NCBI GenBank assembly: GCA_934631055.1
Contig: CAKTXP010000001.1
Location: 1 to 46,132, forward strand
Source of the DNA: an uncultured Clostridia bacterium
GTDB lineage: Bacteria > Bacillota > Clostridia > Christensenellales > Aristaeellaceae
DNA: 46,132 nucleotides
Direction of reading: 5' to 3'
Shown here: piece after piece, positions 45,513 through 46,132 of the stretch
Layout of the letters: each line of letters opens with the position of its first letter
How positions within the stretch are numbered: position 1 is the first letter of the stretch
Program-made: the position numbers and the translations under genes
The notes under the pieces: generated by a model
What the model was told of the DNA's origin: nothing
Databases searched by the model: none
What the model saw: the letters and a program-made list of their open reading frames with translations, nothing else

Positions 45513-45680
45513 CAAAATGTCAAGGAATTCCATCTCTGTAACTGGAGTCGTTAGAAAGAGTCGAAACGTATCTGTTTCGCAGTCCATCCGCCGAACCTGC
45601 TGCATATTTTCCAGCGCAACCTGTGCGTTTTGACGTGCTTCATTTGTACCGAATAATCGAATGGAACGACAAATCAGCAT
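45477..45680 (-). CDS. Small hypothetical protein (67 aa)
   Basis: On the minus strand, AGAGGTG SD lies 6 nt before the ATG (45680-45678). The ORF ends inside the terminator hairpin. No family recognised. Confidence 0.4.
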   Translation of the reverse strand: MLICRSIRLFGTNEARQNAQVALENMQQVRRMDCETDTFRLFLTTPVTEMEFLDILKKSGISGFSLC

Positions 45681-45721
45681 AGCGCACACCTCTAAATCTG
45701 GATTAAATTTTCGTGAAACCG

Positions 45722-45750
45722 TTGCATATTATCGTTATCTGTGATATTCT
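45722..45750 (+). promoter_or_regulatory. Candidate extended -10 promoter of the DUF1292 gene
   Basis: TTGCAT (45722-45727), 17-nt spacer ending in TGa, TATTCT (45745-45750). Confidence 0.4.
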
Positions 45751-45805
45751 ATATCCAGATGCAAAGATATATTTGTATCGTATGACGAAAGCGAGGGTTT
45801 TAACC

Positions 45806-46102
45806 ATGGATGATATGGAAAAGATGGAAAATGACAACATCATCGTGCTGACTGACGAAGATGGCAACGACGTTGAGTTTGAGTTCTGCGCTTCCATTGA
45901 GTATGAGGGAAATGAGTATGTTGTCCTGCTTCCGACCGAAGAGGATGACGGCGAAGTCGTGATCCTTCAGGTGATGGAAGATGAAGAATCCGATGATGAG
46001 GATGAAGTGACTTACGTCGGCGTAGACGACGAAGATGTACTCCAGAAGGTATTTGATATCTTCAAAGAGCAGGCTGGCGACGAATTCGATTTTGACGAAT
46101 AA
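45806..46102 (+). CDS. DUF1292-family small acidic protein
   Basis: IIVLTDEDGNDVEFEF...EYEGNEYVVLLP followed by an acidic tail, typical of DUF1292. GCGAGGG SD lies 8 nt before ATG 45806. The ORF-track start at 45713 would run through the promoter. Confidence 0.8.
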   Translation: MDDMEKMENDNIIVLTDEDGNDVEFEFCASIEYEGNEYVVLLPTEEDDGEVVILQVMEDEESDDEDEVTYVGVDDEDVLQKVFDIFKEQAGDEFDFDE

Positions 46103-46132
46103 TTTCTTCTCTGTTCAAAGAACATAATACTG

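Overview
46.1-kb window from what looks like a spore-forming Firmicutes/Clostridia chromosome. GC is roughly 50% by eye and was not computed. It is a dense, almost entirely plus-strand run of core housekeeping genes; only recX-pncB-lgt and one small ORF are on the minus strand. Gene order: a 5'-truncated PT-repeat/beta-propeller surface protein, glpK, dnaG-sigA, a large membrane protein with an ABC-2 transporter, ilvE, an orphan ORF with an RluA-family pseudouridine synthase and a HAD phosphatase. Then (minus strand) recX-pncB-lgt, upp, a GT2 glycosyltransferase, a QueG-like Fe-S protein, a radical SAM/TIGR03936/RNase G trio, and miaB-ymcA(ricA)-mutS-mutL-miaA. Then a Cys-rich orphan ORF, xpt, maf-mreB-mreC-mreD-PBP2-minD-like-rodA-spoIVFA-spoIVFB, a DEAD-box helicase, a small convergent ORF and a DUF1292 protein. 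I found no tRNA/rRNA genes, CRISPR arrays, IS/transposase/integrase genes, prophage remnants or recognisable defence or toxin-antitoxin modules. This is an ordinary core region, not an accessory island, and I see no compelling evidence for a wholly new system. The best candidates for under-described biology are: (1) the translationally coupled 812-aa two-ectodomain membrane protein with a NosFY/GldAF-like ABC-2 transporter; (2) the radical SAM (TIGR03960) and radical-SAM-linked (TIGR03936) pair coupled to RNase G; (3) a Cys-rich orphan ORF with a sigma-K-like promoter in the slot after miaA where hfq usually lies; (4) an orphan 345-aa ORF tightly linked to a pseudouridine synthase; (5) an unusually large PBP2 and a MinD-like ATPase with no MinC/MinE partner in the mre cluster. 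All family calls come from motif recognition by eye; no database search was run.
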